A stretch of 64,000 nucleotides of DNA from a virus. Location: positions 1-64,000 of the IMG/VR virus record IMGVR_UViG_3300029309_000008. The stretch is one strand, 5' to 3'. Shown one piece after another: positions 49,901 through 57,424 of this stretch (positions within the stretch are counted from its first letter, which is position 1; each line of letters opens with the position of its first letter). The position numbers and the translations under genes were made by a program. The notes beneath the pieces are model-generated. The model had not been told where the DNA came from. It made no database searches and was given only the letters and a program-made list of their open reading frames with translations.

Positions 49901-50382
49901 GTCAAACTCCACTCAGCGAGTCATTCGTTATGGTAGATGTGTCTAAAATGGACACCCCAAGAGAGAACAAATCCTTTACTTTTGCAGATAATTTATCTCA
50001 GTACTCCACTGCCACTGCCGCATCTAAAGCTTTAAATGCCAATGATATTAGGGATTTTTTAAAGTCTGAAGGTTACGATGTGAGTCTTACGGATGGTAAA
50101 ACTTTATCTTCAGATGAATTATCTGCTTTAAATGCTTATATGACTGGTCAACAAAGTGTAATGCTAGACGGGGGTGAGCTGCCTTACCAAACTTTTATAA
50201 GAGTAACTGGTTTACCTTGGCCCGAAGCAAAAAGAAGAGGATTCACAGACGGCAGTTATGAGAAAAATATAGCTCTACAAAATATGCTTTTAGAAGGGAA
50301 AACTCTTGGTACTACAATTAAACCAGAGAACAGAAGAAGCTTTGCAGAGGAGGAAGGACTAGTAGAAATAAACATCAGATAA
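43918..50382 (+). CDS. modular virion cargo protein (2154 aa): HExxH peptidase, 2x PT-TG-like + toxin domains incl. ADP-ribosyltransferase, lysozyme-like domain, basic modules; GG-linked
   Basis: VHEADH; GMVPVIGEPLDLLDAALYTLEGDY; LSR...FTS...DEAE; ARAYY..VPEALP...KYYN; about ten xxxGG linkers. Confidence 0.75.
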   Translation: MPTKKNNIPKGGFIRNQDADRKQEILDLFIKETNEYGAPNYNATAEFPSPIYEDAYQAAIDYQIEMLNSPRGQEMLRQETARNFLFNRDKRNERAFQETFDARLRNLENARSSLLFAPEIAGTAYGMAFPDGENTVVLTQELRGIPYTVPNMYSPDDLMFTMVHEADHVEKGSDFNTEGFNFFDANLQPKAFEKVRLTQRKTKDALENLDAQFGGGYQRQTGMTKEDFLSNYKNKKKGEKAYYFGENNPDKKVEGHIPLVELYDFDWATNPDEVSSQIVELQFLSSRIGIYDPKTEEFNESHLKKLEQLVNSKQVPRTVFRTFKNLKGIYEDDNLIDIMNLISQDNSMTDQTNMTYAQNGGYSRHQDDIPILDPNLPISSQASGYTQSSEADRISIQDAMNQANAQREEDRARLEYLKKLDDEARALGFNNYAEYSQAKGKENKAVVDNTFTTQASDLGMYDSYLPNIDIIEEQGPQKFLGSEFLGDLFPFGGAEIIPGPSEGIDFAMGVDAVDRGAYGEAAAHAAGFIFPFVTGKGILNFAKKYFGKSTPPVARKNIAREGENFVRIEVPVDRLDETTNVITPGARSTSPSVASGTNAPGRASVHLGEVPYYNNPNKMLNNEAQLAALSNMKSQGRYLDDINFSSSNLNPGDVNYVGTSGGRPVVSVQVPGPDGNMSTQYFYKSTGLGGKTVRDADGVVRSTEGMWQPFGGFANINMHGLPPDKEIQWFIKGAGYKDFYGSNAFENIAENLDDLTKNQFRYYDRANNQFGPNPINKQQGGSVKFMQGGTMGRHQEQFIVNPDGETTPLTDRGFYYNRALGSNVGGQSAYSAPSPGGGGFLGSATKDMTQADVVRQNIVKDEVEAQIDRDNQRQREIDRGTLPAYSFNKRYGKDTETLNGYAPGTPGHTFAMYGQDINLYRYGDNTAEENRQLVNELEQIFRENGLGYSEELNQSLKAFRDRAYHNYLVKNKDVLDGYYAQVKDYDNLLAAQSAPGVDNTRMEARTLEAFRPEFPLEAKRNPVVIKKSPLSAVHNTLALAGMVPVIGEPLDLLDAALYTLEGDYGGAALAGASVVPFMGSGAGALRLTGAAKTLAKGAEEGSDLNRYIKQIERERRMYANPGASQEGFDYLRYSEQFPQLSKESEYLSNLGFYNINRKMGAQAVDDYTSSHHLAMNTAFDNLNLPNQKRASALNELVLDNSKRMANDLDDFISSGIGGRTSKPITLSRASTDEVVRVVNADNSITVKKFSQLQPNDVILETKFTSYYDPNRPLFNQNMFTKTADDYGLVSKTPSLGYFPVRQQTYIPQGTKLGVPTFHGKARMFQDEAEFIGNRFGVRRFTGMNPDGSYGFQLIGGFQDGGSVSGEEPVSDNVMDNVEESIDYSQYNTDILIMASKFSMSPDEYIEYYNKGIQMLNAGNTIDDLVNMGYGNKEALLSMFPGASVESRGKSQTLQQEIKHIPVTNLLEDTDSRTDVSKVGADMIEFVDSSKTKESATSKMQSGGIFENPITSAMESMDEFGNMIVNQNLKNALGETVEDTFGFNFLPDDSNCEVEVIYKAQEGGYYMNQDNVVRQLVEDAGDRAGKIYDFISDMGDLAEDIIEISKNPNYVNQNQPFLNKALDAFKLYLSGTPAPVKTEQGENADSPVALTPAKINANNITAAIEQVAKDDENLATLLGMTAYMENSYGANPNAYGREYTHSFMSLDDPSLNQIFDIRTGATDYTKGQKAIFNMFESLGLPSDKESFTELLDKDDPLASVAAARAYYATVPEALPASSDTEELFNYFSKYYNRGGQGKYQTEEESLNRFLEGYTRLVEQEDFANGGTVGETGKILVSSNGVFDRNYEPGKPVIVPTRNGVITMDGVDEDLLAISNLGEFRFMDADSGNYQFEGKTVLEVPVKMFYGKDGGLADWFKEEWVRIDTEGNITGPCGTMKKGKATTRCLPKKKAQSLSKAERKATARKKVRGSKKGKQFVANTKKAKVTRKDTKRYEAGGQTPLSESFVMVDVSKMDTPRENKSFTFADNLSQYSTATAASKALNANDIRDFLKSEGYDVSLTDGKTLSSDELSALNAYMTGQQSVMLDGGELPYQTFIRVTGLPWPEAKRRGFTDGSYEKNIALQNMLLEGKTLGTTIKPENRRSFAEEEGLVEINIR

Positions 50383-50393
50383 AGGTAATTAAA

Positions 50394-50434
50394 TGTAACA
50401 TATTTGTATTATCCGATTAATTGTTTTATATTTA
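50394..50434 (+). promoter_or_regulatory. putative late promoter with TGTAA box
   Basis: TGTAA-CATA-TTTGT ... TATATTTA in the 24-nt register. Confidence 0.55.
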
Positions 50435-50467
50435 AACCTCCACTAAAGTACAAATTTCATACTAAAA

Positions 50468-53400
50468 ATGGCACAGGAATTTAAAAGAAAAAATGCCCCT
50501 CAATATAAGGATGGCGGGGGCTATTTCAAACATCAAATGATTAGTCCTTTTTTTGGGGTGTCAAACACTCCTGTGTTCGGGGTATCTCAAACTCCAGTAA
50601 TGGGTTCGGCTTCTCAACCTTGGTGGCAAAGTATGTTTAGATTCTTACCTGCAAACACTCGAAGTGCGATAAGAACTCTATCGGGTAGAGGTGCGGGTTC
50701 AGGCACCCGTGGGGGAGGAACTCCTACACAAAACTTAATGAGGTTAGGCATAGAGACAGGCCAAGTAGGTCCTGTTTCAGAGACATATAGGGAAACAAAT
50801 ATGCCTTACTTCGATTTGATAAGATTTCTTGCAAAATCTACATATGGTAGAGAGGAGCTAACTTCAGAAGAGTGGGACCGCATGTTAGGTGTTAATGCCG
50901 ACAAGGTGGGGTTTTTAGGGGATTACTCTCGAATGATTAAAAGACTTGATTATTTTGATGAAGAAAAGGGGTATGAAATTCCTACATTAGCAAAAGATAT
51001 TATACTAACCTTCGATGATGACGGTACAGCGTATTATGTGCCTTATGATGAGAAGATAATGCAAGGAGATGCAGAAGCAAGGAAACAAGGAATACAAAAT
51101 GCTTTTGGTGGACTTGATAACCCCTATTTGAATAGAGCTTTTGAAAATCAGAATATACCGATATATGGTCTTGATGAGTTCTATCCAGAGGATAAAAGAT
51201 ATTTAGTATACAACAGTGCTTTAAACAGGGTAGAAGTTATGGGTGAGGGACTTGCTAACCCTATTAAAAGTATGAGCATGAAAAGGTTTCAAGAACTTTA
51301 CCCACAATTAGACACTTCAGGTGTACAAGCTTCTGGAGCTGATGTAAGAATAAATATACCTGAAGAAGGAATAACTATAGGCGAAATGTCAGGGGGCATA
51401 AAGATTAGGCAAGAAGGGGGATTAACCTTAGCAAAAGACGGAAAAAAAATGAAAAAAGGATACACAAGAAAACAAGATAATACTGGAGCAACTGGAGCAA
51501 CTGGAGCAACTGGAGCAACAGATGATGGAGCAGTCACACCTGGAGGGTCGGTAACTACCACATCCACTTCTTCGCAAGACCAAGCCGTAACGGGTGCAGG
51601 GCCACAGCAGAGTACATTTGTAGGAGACCCTACCCAGCAACCATACCTCACTAAAAAGGAAGCTAGGCGAGCAAGAAAGGACTTAAGACTTTCAAATAGA
51701 ACAGGTGTGCCTATCAACCTTTTTGGTAGTTTTCTAGACATGCCTATGGGTGACCCTAGTACTATTGCAAGAATGGCTGGACTTTCAGGAAGACCTGGTA
51801 TGTATGGCAGACTTGGAGCTAGTATAGGAGGTAATGTATTGCAAGGATTACTTGCAGGAGCTCAACGAACAGGTGGAGGACGATTTGGAGGATTTTTTAT
51901 GCCGCAAAATACTTTGAATCAAATGGCAGGAACGGGCATGGGCATGGGCATGGGTGACGGTGTTAACGTTCAAGTTTTAGGACCTCTACAGAGAAGAAGA
52001 CTACAGAGAAGAGGTGTAGACTTAGTACCTGCCTCGCAGTATATTACTGAAGGTTTTGAAAGAGGGAGAGTAGAACCTATCGAAGCCGTAGAACCAGGTA
52101 CATTAAGCACAGAAGAAGCACAAACAGAACAAACTGCCTCAACAGGGCAAACTGCCTCAACAGCGACTACTCCACAAATGTATGAAATAGCTCCAGGGAG
52201 GACTACCACTAGTCAAATCAATCCTGAAACAGCAGATATAAATAGGCTGCTCTTTGCAGCAGGGTATGGTGTAAGACCAGGAAGAGCTAGACGAGCAATG
52301 ATGGAAGATGCAAACATAGGTAGAGGAGATATTAGACTAGAAAGACAAACAACACCTTTTGGAGCAACTCGACAAGAAGCTATAGACAATCTTCTTAGAG
52401 AATACTTTATAGAACAGGTCCTACCTACCTTAAATCCTGATGCATTTATTCAAAATAATATGCAAGGAGGAACTATCGTGGGGGGAACGCCTACTTCACA
52501 ATATGGGGTAACTGTAAATCCTCTAAATAACTACGCAGGTTCCTTTATGGATTCAGCACTTAGTGCTGCTGGCTCATATGCTAATGGAGGATACACTAGG
52601 AATCAGGGTGCTCAAACAACCATACCCTCAATAGGAACAATGCAAAGACGATTAGACCAAGCAGTTAGTGCTATTGCATCAATCACCGATTTATATGGAG
52701 ATACTAAAGATGAAACTGTGGCTACTATTAATAGTTTTTCATTAGATGATTTAAATAAGGAAATTAATAGACCAGGACTAGACCCTATTGTAAAATCACA
52801 ATTACAAATTCTTAGGGACGGGTTAACTACGTCTCAAACAAATGCTTTGATTACCCCTCAAGATGGGTATACTATGAACAGAGATGGATTTGATGGTCAA
52901 ACTTATGAAGAGTACGCTAAAACTACTCCTAACCCAATTCCTAAAGATGTTTTTATTGCAAAAGGCCTAGCTATGGGTAATGAGAGCGTAGCTATGGAAG
53001 GAATGGTTATTCCCCCACCTCCGTCACCAACTAGAATCGGTATGCGTATGGCTCAAGAGGGTATACAAACTCCAATCGATTACTCTAGCAGTGATGCAAG
53101 TTTGATGGGAGATGAGCAAATGATGGCTAATGCTTTTAATAATTCTATGATGGCAGGAAATAATATTCCTAATGGTGGGATGATGATGGCAGCTGACGGA
53201 ATGATGAAAGAAGATATGGGCGTTAATAACGCTATACAGCAGTATAGAAACGAAATGTATCTTAGAAATGGAGGTGCGGTAGTGCGAAGTAGAGATGCAT
53301 ACTCTCCTGCTATACCTATGGGTTCAGGGATGGGGCCAAGCAACCTTTCACAATCATTAGTAGACACAGCAATGGGGCCTGATTTAACTCAAGAACAAAT

Positions 53401-53533
53401 GGATGTTCTAAATATGGTTGTAGGTGAAGAACCTATGGTACTGCCTGGTAATTCCGAGATAGTTCAAGGTAAATTTGGACCTATACACAGTCCTACTCCT
53501 GAGTATTTAATGAGAACAAATAGAATGGCATAA
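50468..53533 (+). CDS. low-complexity modular virion cargo protein (1021 aa), GG-linked
   Basis: G/M/Q-rich; linkers YKDGGGYFKHQ, RQEGG, MQGG, YANGGYTRNQ, LRNGG. Confidence 0.75.
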   Translation: MAQEFKRKNAPQYKDGGGYFKHQMISPFFGVSNTPVFGVSQTPVMGSASQPWWQSMFRFLPANTRSAIRTLSGRGAGSGTRGGGTPTQNLMRLGIETGQVGPVSETYRETNMPYFDLIRFLAKSTYGREELTSEEWDRMLGVNADKVGFLGDYSRMIKRLDYFDEEKGYEIPTLAKDIILTFDDDGTAYYVPYDEKIMQGDAEARKQGIQNAFGGLDNPYLNRAFENQNIPIYGLDEFYPEDKRYLVYNSALNRVEVMGEGLANPIKSMSMKRFQELYPQLDTSGVQASGADVRINIPEEGITIGEMSGGIKIRQEGGLTLAKDGKKMKKGYTRKQDNTGATGATGATGATDDGAVTPGGSVTTTSTSSQDQAVTGAGPQQSTFVGDPTQQPYLTKKEARRARKDLRLSNRTGVPINLFGSFLDMPMGDPSTIARMAGLSGRPGMYGRLGASIGGNVLQGLLAGAQRTGGGRFGGFFMPQNTLNQMAGTGMGMGMGDGVNVQVLGPLQRRRLQRRGVDLVPASQYITEGFERGRVEPIEAVEPGTLSTEEAQTEQTASTGQTASTATTPQMYEIAPGRTTTSQINPETADINRLLFAAGYGVRPGRARRAMMEDANIGRGDIRLERQTTPFGATRQEAIDNLLREYFIEQVLPTLNPDAFIQNNMQGGTIVGGTPTSQYGVTVNPLNNYAGSFMDSALSAAGSYANGGYTRNQGAQTTIPSIGTMQRRLDQAVSAIASITDLYGDTKDETVATINSFSLDDLNKEINRPGLDPIVKSQLQILRDGLTTSQTNALITPQDGYTMNRDGFDGQTYEEYAKTTPNPIPKDVFIAKGLAMGNESVAMEGMVIPPPPSPTRIGMRMAQEGIQTPIDYSSSDASLMGDEQMMANAFNNSMMAGNNIPNGGMMMAADGMMKEDMGVNNAIQQYRNEMYLRNGGAVVRSRDAYSPAIPMGSGMGPSNLSQSLVDTAMGPDLTQEQMDVLNMVVGEEPMVLPGNSEIVQGKFGPIHSPTPEYLMRTNRMA
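51482..51517 (+). repeat. tandem 9-nt repeat (ACTGGAGCA)x4 encoding TGA TGA TGA TGA (Thr-Gly-Ala)
   Basis: Seen directly. Confidence 0.9.
52643..52831 (+). repeat. 189-nt dispersed repeat, copy A (copy B 58793-58981)
   Basis: Ungapped alignment; 35 of 63 codons identical. Confidence 0.9.
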
Positions 53534-53542
53534 ACAATTCGT

Positions 53543-56500
53543 ATGTTTAGAAAAAAAGTAATTAGAAACCAAGAGGTACCTGTAGACCCAAATGCATATC
53601 AGTCTACCAACCCTGCCTATCAATATATTCCAGCAGGTATAGATATGATGGCAACAGAAGGGGAGCCTGCTACTGATGTTTTTGGAAATCCTAGGCCTCT
53701 TGTTTTTAAAAGACGAGCCCTTGGTAGTTTTGACTCTCAAGAAGACTTTAATAAGTATCACGCAATAGTGAGGAATCGTCAAAATCAAATGTCTACTTCT
53801 GGAAAAATAATAGATGAAATTCAACAAGCATTGGTGGATGCAGCTTACGTTTTAACTAATCCATTGAGTACGTATAAGGATGCTCATAGCATGGAGGGTT
53901 TGAGAAGAATGAGAGGTGAAATTGAGCAGAACGGAGGATATATTAGAAATCAAAATGCTGTAGGAACTTCACTACCAGGATATGGGGGGTTTGCAGGACC
54001 TGGATTACCTGCAAATATTGATGCTGACTCAGATGGTATACCTGATGCATATGATAGTTTACCAGACTCAACGGGAGGCTCTTTTGTATTTGACACCCCA
54101 ACTACAACTACTGAATCAACTACATCTCCGATGGTACCTTTTGTGCCTGACACAGTCGAAAGTCTTCCAAATATGAGACAGTTTAACCCTTATCAAAATG
54201 TTGGTTTTGGGTTGAGCACTGCCTTAACATCGGATAGTGCGGGTGAAAGAAGAGCTGGTGCTGTTCTTACAGGATTAGCAGGGGCTTCCTCAGCGTTTGA
54301 CCTTGGCAGCAATCTATTGCTTGGTAGAGGGGCCAACAAAGAAATAACAGACATGATGGCCCAAGCAGATAGAACTGCAGGCCTTGATTTTCAAGCACCT
54401 ATTATGGACCAAACAGAAGGAGTAGAGTCTGCGTTATCTAGAACTGGCTTTGCTCAAGATGGTGCAACTATGTACAAAAAAGGTGGTAAGTCTAAAAAGA
54501 AAAATAAACCTAATAACCCTTCATTGTGGTCAAGAGCCATTGCTGCAGCAAAGAAAAAGTTTGATGTTTATCCATCGGCTTATGCCAATGCATGGGCTGT
54601 ACAATGGTACAAAAAGAAAGGAGGCACTTGGAGAAAAGCTCAAGATGGTTTTGTATACGAAGAAGGAGGTCAAATCACTATTGAAGAGCAACTATCAGGT
54701 AGAAACGTGACGGGAATAGCTAGACCTGAATTATCAGGGACAGAGATAAATGCAGAGCTTGAGAAAAACGAATACGTTGAGTACCCAGAAGAGCAAAAAA
54801 TATCTAAAGTTATAGGAAAGTCACACGCCCAAGGTGGAGAAAAAATGAACCTAGAGCCAGGTACAAGAATCCTCTCTGACAATATAAAGGTAGGTGCCGA
54901 GTACAAGAAAGCTTTATCTGATTTATTTGATATGAAAAATATCAAAGCAAATGATACTGTAGCGAAGGTGATGGAAAAGTATCTTCAAAAGTCAGGAATT
55001 ACAGCTATACAAAAAAGACAAGAAGAGGTACTGAAAGGTCTTAAAGAAAATATGTCTGTTAAGGACGAGGCTACTAGAAGAACTAACGAGCAGTTCTATG
55101 CTGATAAAATTATTAAGACTCAAGCTGAATTAAACGAGAAGCAAAAAGAACAAACACTAGTGTTCAATGTATTGTTCCAGATGCAAGAAGCTCGTAAAGC
55201 TAAAAATGAGCAAGGAGACCCCTCTGCAAAAAACATTAGAAAAAGACCACCATTAGAACAGGAATTCGTACCTTACGAAGGCCCACCCCCAGTAGAAGAA
55301 GAAACCGCACAACCAGTTGAAGTGGCTCTGCAAAACGGAGGCACTATAGATATTTTAATGGATGGTACTAAAATATATGCATCTCCAGAAGCAATAGAAA
55401 TTGTACGAAGAGATGCTTTAGAAGGAGGCTATGGCGACTTTATGGAGTACCTATCTGAAAATGTAACGGGTAGATACGCAGATGGTGGAGGTATCCCTGA
55501 GAGATACAAGAAAAAAGGCTTTAGAAAAGTAGGTGTAAAGAAAAGAGCTCCATCTGGTTCAAAACACAAGTGGGAAGTACTTGCACGCAAAAAAGTAGGA
55601 GGTAAGACTCGTTACAAAATTGTTAAAGGAGGCTTTAGAGGGATGAAGGACTTTACCCAACACAAAGACAAAAAACGTCAAAAAAGTTTCTGGGATAGAA
55701 TGGGAGGTAAAAACTCTGCTAAAACAAAAGACCCATTTTCTCCACTTTATTGGCACAAACGCTTTGGTACTTGGGAAGATGGTGGTAAATTAGATGCGAA
55801 GAAAAATTTTAAACCGCATTGGATGTACGACCCTAATAACCCAAATAAGGCTGAGTTTGCAGAAAAGTATGAAGACCACGTAAGACTTGATAAGCTAGGA
55901 TATGTTTACGAGAAGCCTAAAATCGAAGACTTTGAGTACGGTGGTATGAGCAGATACCAAAGTGCGAATCAGGTTGAAATTATTGTCGATGCAGACGGTA
56001 ATAGATATATTCCTCAGTTTAGAGACAGAGAGACAGGACAAGTTGTATATGCTGATGCACAAGGTAATTATGTTGTACCTGGGCAAATGACTACTGAAAA
56101 TTCAACTTTTAATGCAAATGCTCGAGGTATATACCGTGCGGGGCAGTATGGTTATGATGAATTGGATGACGTAGGAAAGTCTAAATTAGACGAATCGTCT
56201 GGAGCTACAGCAGACTATGTGGCTGAACAATACAAAAAAACAGGAAGCGTACAAGGTCTTACTGTAAACGTGTTTGGTGCAAGTTCAAAAACTCCTGTTT
56301 CGCCCAAGAGCCAGATAGAGATATTTGAAAGCTTAGGCTATGAGCAAATTGGTAGTAACAAAAATAGATATAGAGTTCCTGATTTAGCTAATGACCCTAC
56401 AGGTCAAACTTTTATAGAGGTTCTGGTTGGTACTTCTGAAGCAAGTGATGCAGCTAATTATGGTTTACCTAAACTAAGAACTTCAGACCAAATTACTAAA

Positions 56501-57397
56501 CTAAAAGAAGACCTATTAGCTAGAGGTATACCTCAAGAGCAAATTGACCAAATTGCTTTTAACACACAGGAAAGACCTATGATAGGTCCTGAATACGGAG
56601 GCGAAGGTGTCAGAAGCGATGACCCTAAGTATATGGGGTACCAAAACTCTGGTTTTAGCGTAGACTTGGCAGAAGATAAACAAGGTATGGTACCTTATGG
56701 TTATATGGAGGAAACACCACAACAGGAATTTGATTTTGAAATTCCTAATTTGGGAGCTTCTCTTAGTGTGCCAGCATTAGACTTTACCAGTGATTTAGTC
56801 AGACCTAGTATAGGCATAGCTACAACTCCTTTGCAACAACAAGCTAGAGTAGACCTCCAGCCTGTAAAATATAGTGAAGAACAAGCCCTTAGAGAGGGTG
56901 CGGCTGCTACTAATTTGGCTATGCGACAGTCTGCTAATATGGGAGGACCAGAAGCTAGGACTGCTGCAGTAGGCTCACAAAGTGTTAGAAGCCAGTATGC
57001 TAATGAGGCTACTCTACAAAGACAGGAAAAGGATGCGGAATCAGTATTTAAAACTGATTTAGCAGAGGCACAGCTTAACAGCCCAATTGATAGTGCTAAC
57101 TTAACTAGACAGTATCAGTACTCCTCTAATGCACTCAAAGCTGTTGATAATGAGATATCAGCCATTGCTGATTTTGAAAAAGCAGTACTTGACAGAGCAG
57201 ACCAAAAAGAAAGGTTCGCTAATACATTAGCAGTTATGGGTCAATTTGCTCCTAATTTCATGGTAACTCCTTCGGGTCCAGTATTCAACCCAGGAACACA
57301 GACAGATATACTGTATCCTTTTGCTAGCAATATAGCTCAACAAGTTCTTGCATCATCAGGACAACCTATATCATTCGAGCAAGCATCTGGAAACTAA
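53543..57397 (+). CDS. modular virion cargo protein (1284 aa) with conserved AE.E..E...G.SH..GG...SD domain and three basic modules
   Basis: NAELEKNE...GKSHAQGGE...RILSD; YPSAYANAW..WYKKKGGTW; FKPHWMYDP; GG linkers. Confidence 0.75.
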   Translation: MFRKKVIRNQEVPVDPNAYQSTNPAYQYIPAGIDMMATEGEPATDVFGNPRPLVFKRRALGSFDSQEDFNKYHAIVRNRQNQMSTSGKIIDEIQQALVDAAYVLTNPLSTYKDAHSMEGLRRMRGEIEQNGGYIRNQNAVGTSLPGYGGFAGPGLPANIDADSDGIPDAYDSLPDSTGGSFVFDTPTTTTESTTSPMVPFVPDTVESLPNMRQFNPYQNVGFGLSTALTSDSAGERRAGAVLTGLAGASSAFDLGSNLLLGRGANKEITDMMAQADRTAGLDFQAPIMDQTEGVESALSRTGFAQDGATMYKKGGKSKKKNKPNNPSLWSRAIAAAKKKFDVYPSAYANAWAVQWYKKKGGTWRKAQDGFVYEEGGQITIEEQLSGRNVTGIARPELSGTEINAELEKNEYVEYPEEQKISKVIGKSHAQGGEKMNLEPGTRILSDNIKVGAEYKKALSDLFDMKNIKANDTVAKVMEKYLQKSGITAIQKRQEEVLKGLKENMSVKDEATRRTNEQFYADKIIKTQAELNEKQKEQTLVFNVLFQMQEARKAKNEQGDPSAKNIRKRPPLEQEFVPYEGPPPVEEETAQPVEVALQNGGTIDILMDGTKIYASPEAIEIVRRDALEGGYGDFMEYLSENVTGRYADGGGIPERYKKKGFRKVGVKKRAPSGSKHKWEVLARKKVGGKTRYKIVKGGFRGMKDFTQHKDKKRQKSFWDRMGGKNSAKTKDPFSPLYWHKRFGTWEDGGKLDAKKNFKPHWMYDPNNPNKAEFAEKYEDHVRLDKLGYVYEKPKIEDFEYGGMSRYQSANQVEIIVDADGNRYIPQFRDRETGQVVYADAQGNYVVPGQMTTENSTFNANARGIYRAGQYGYDELDDVGKSKLDESSGATADYVAEQYKKTGSVQGLTVNVFGASSKTPVSPKSQIEIFESLGYEQIGSNKNRYRVPDLANDPTGQTFIEVLVGTSEASDAANYGLPKLRTSDQITKLKEDLLARGIPQEQIDQIAFNTQERPMIGPEYGGEGVRSDDPKYMGYQNSGFSVDLAEDKQGMVPYGYMEETPQQEFDFEIPNLGASLSVPALDFTSDLVRPSIGIATTPLQQQARVDLQPVKYSEEQALREGAAATNLAMRQSANMGGPEARTAAVGSQSVRSQYANEATLQRQEKDAESVFKTDLAEAQLNSPIDSANLTRQYQYSSNALKAVDNEISAIADFEKAVLDRADQKERFANTLAVMGQFAPNFMVTPSGPVFNPGTQTDILYPFASNIAQQVLASSGQPISFEQASGN

Positions 57398-57424
57398 GTT
57401 ATTAATTTTAACATTTAAATTAAC

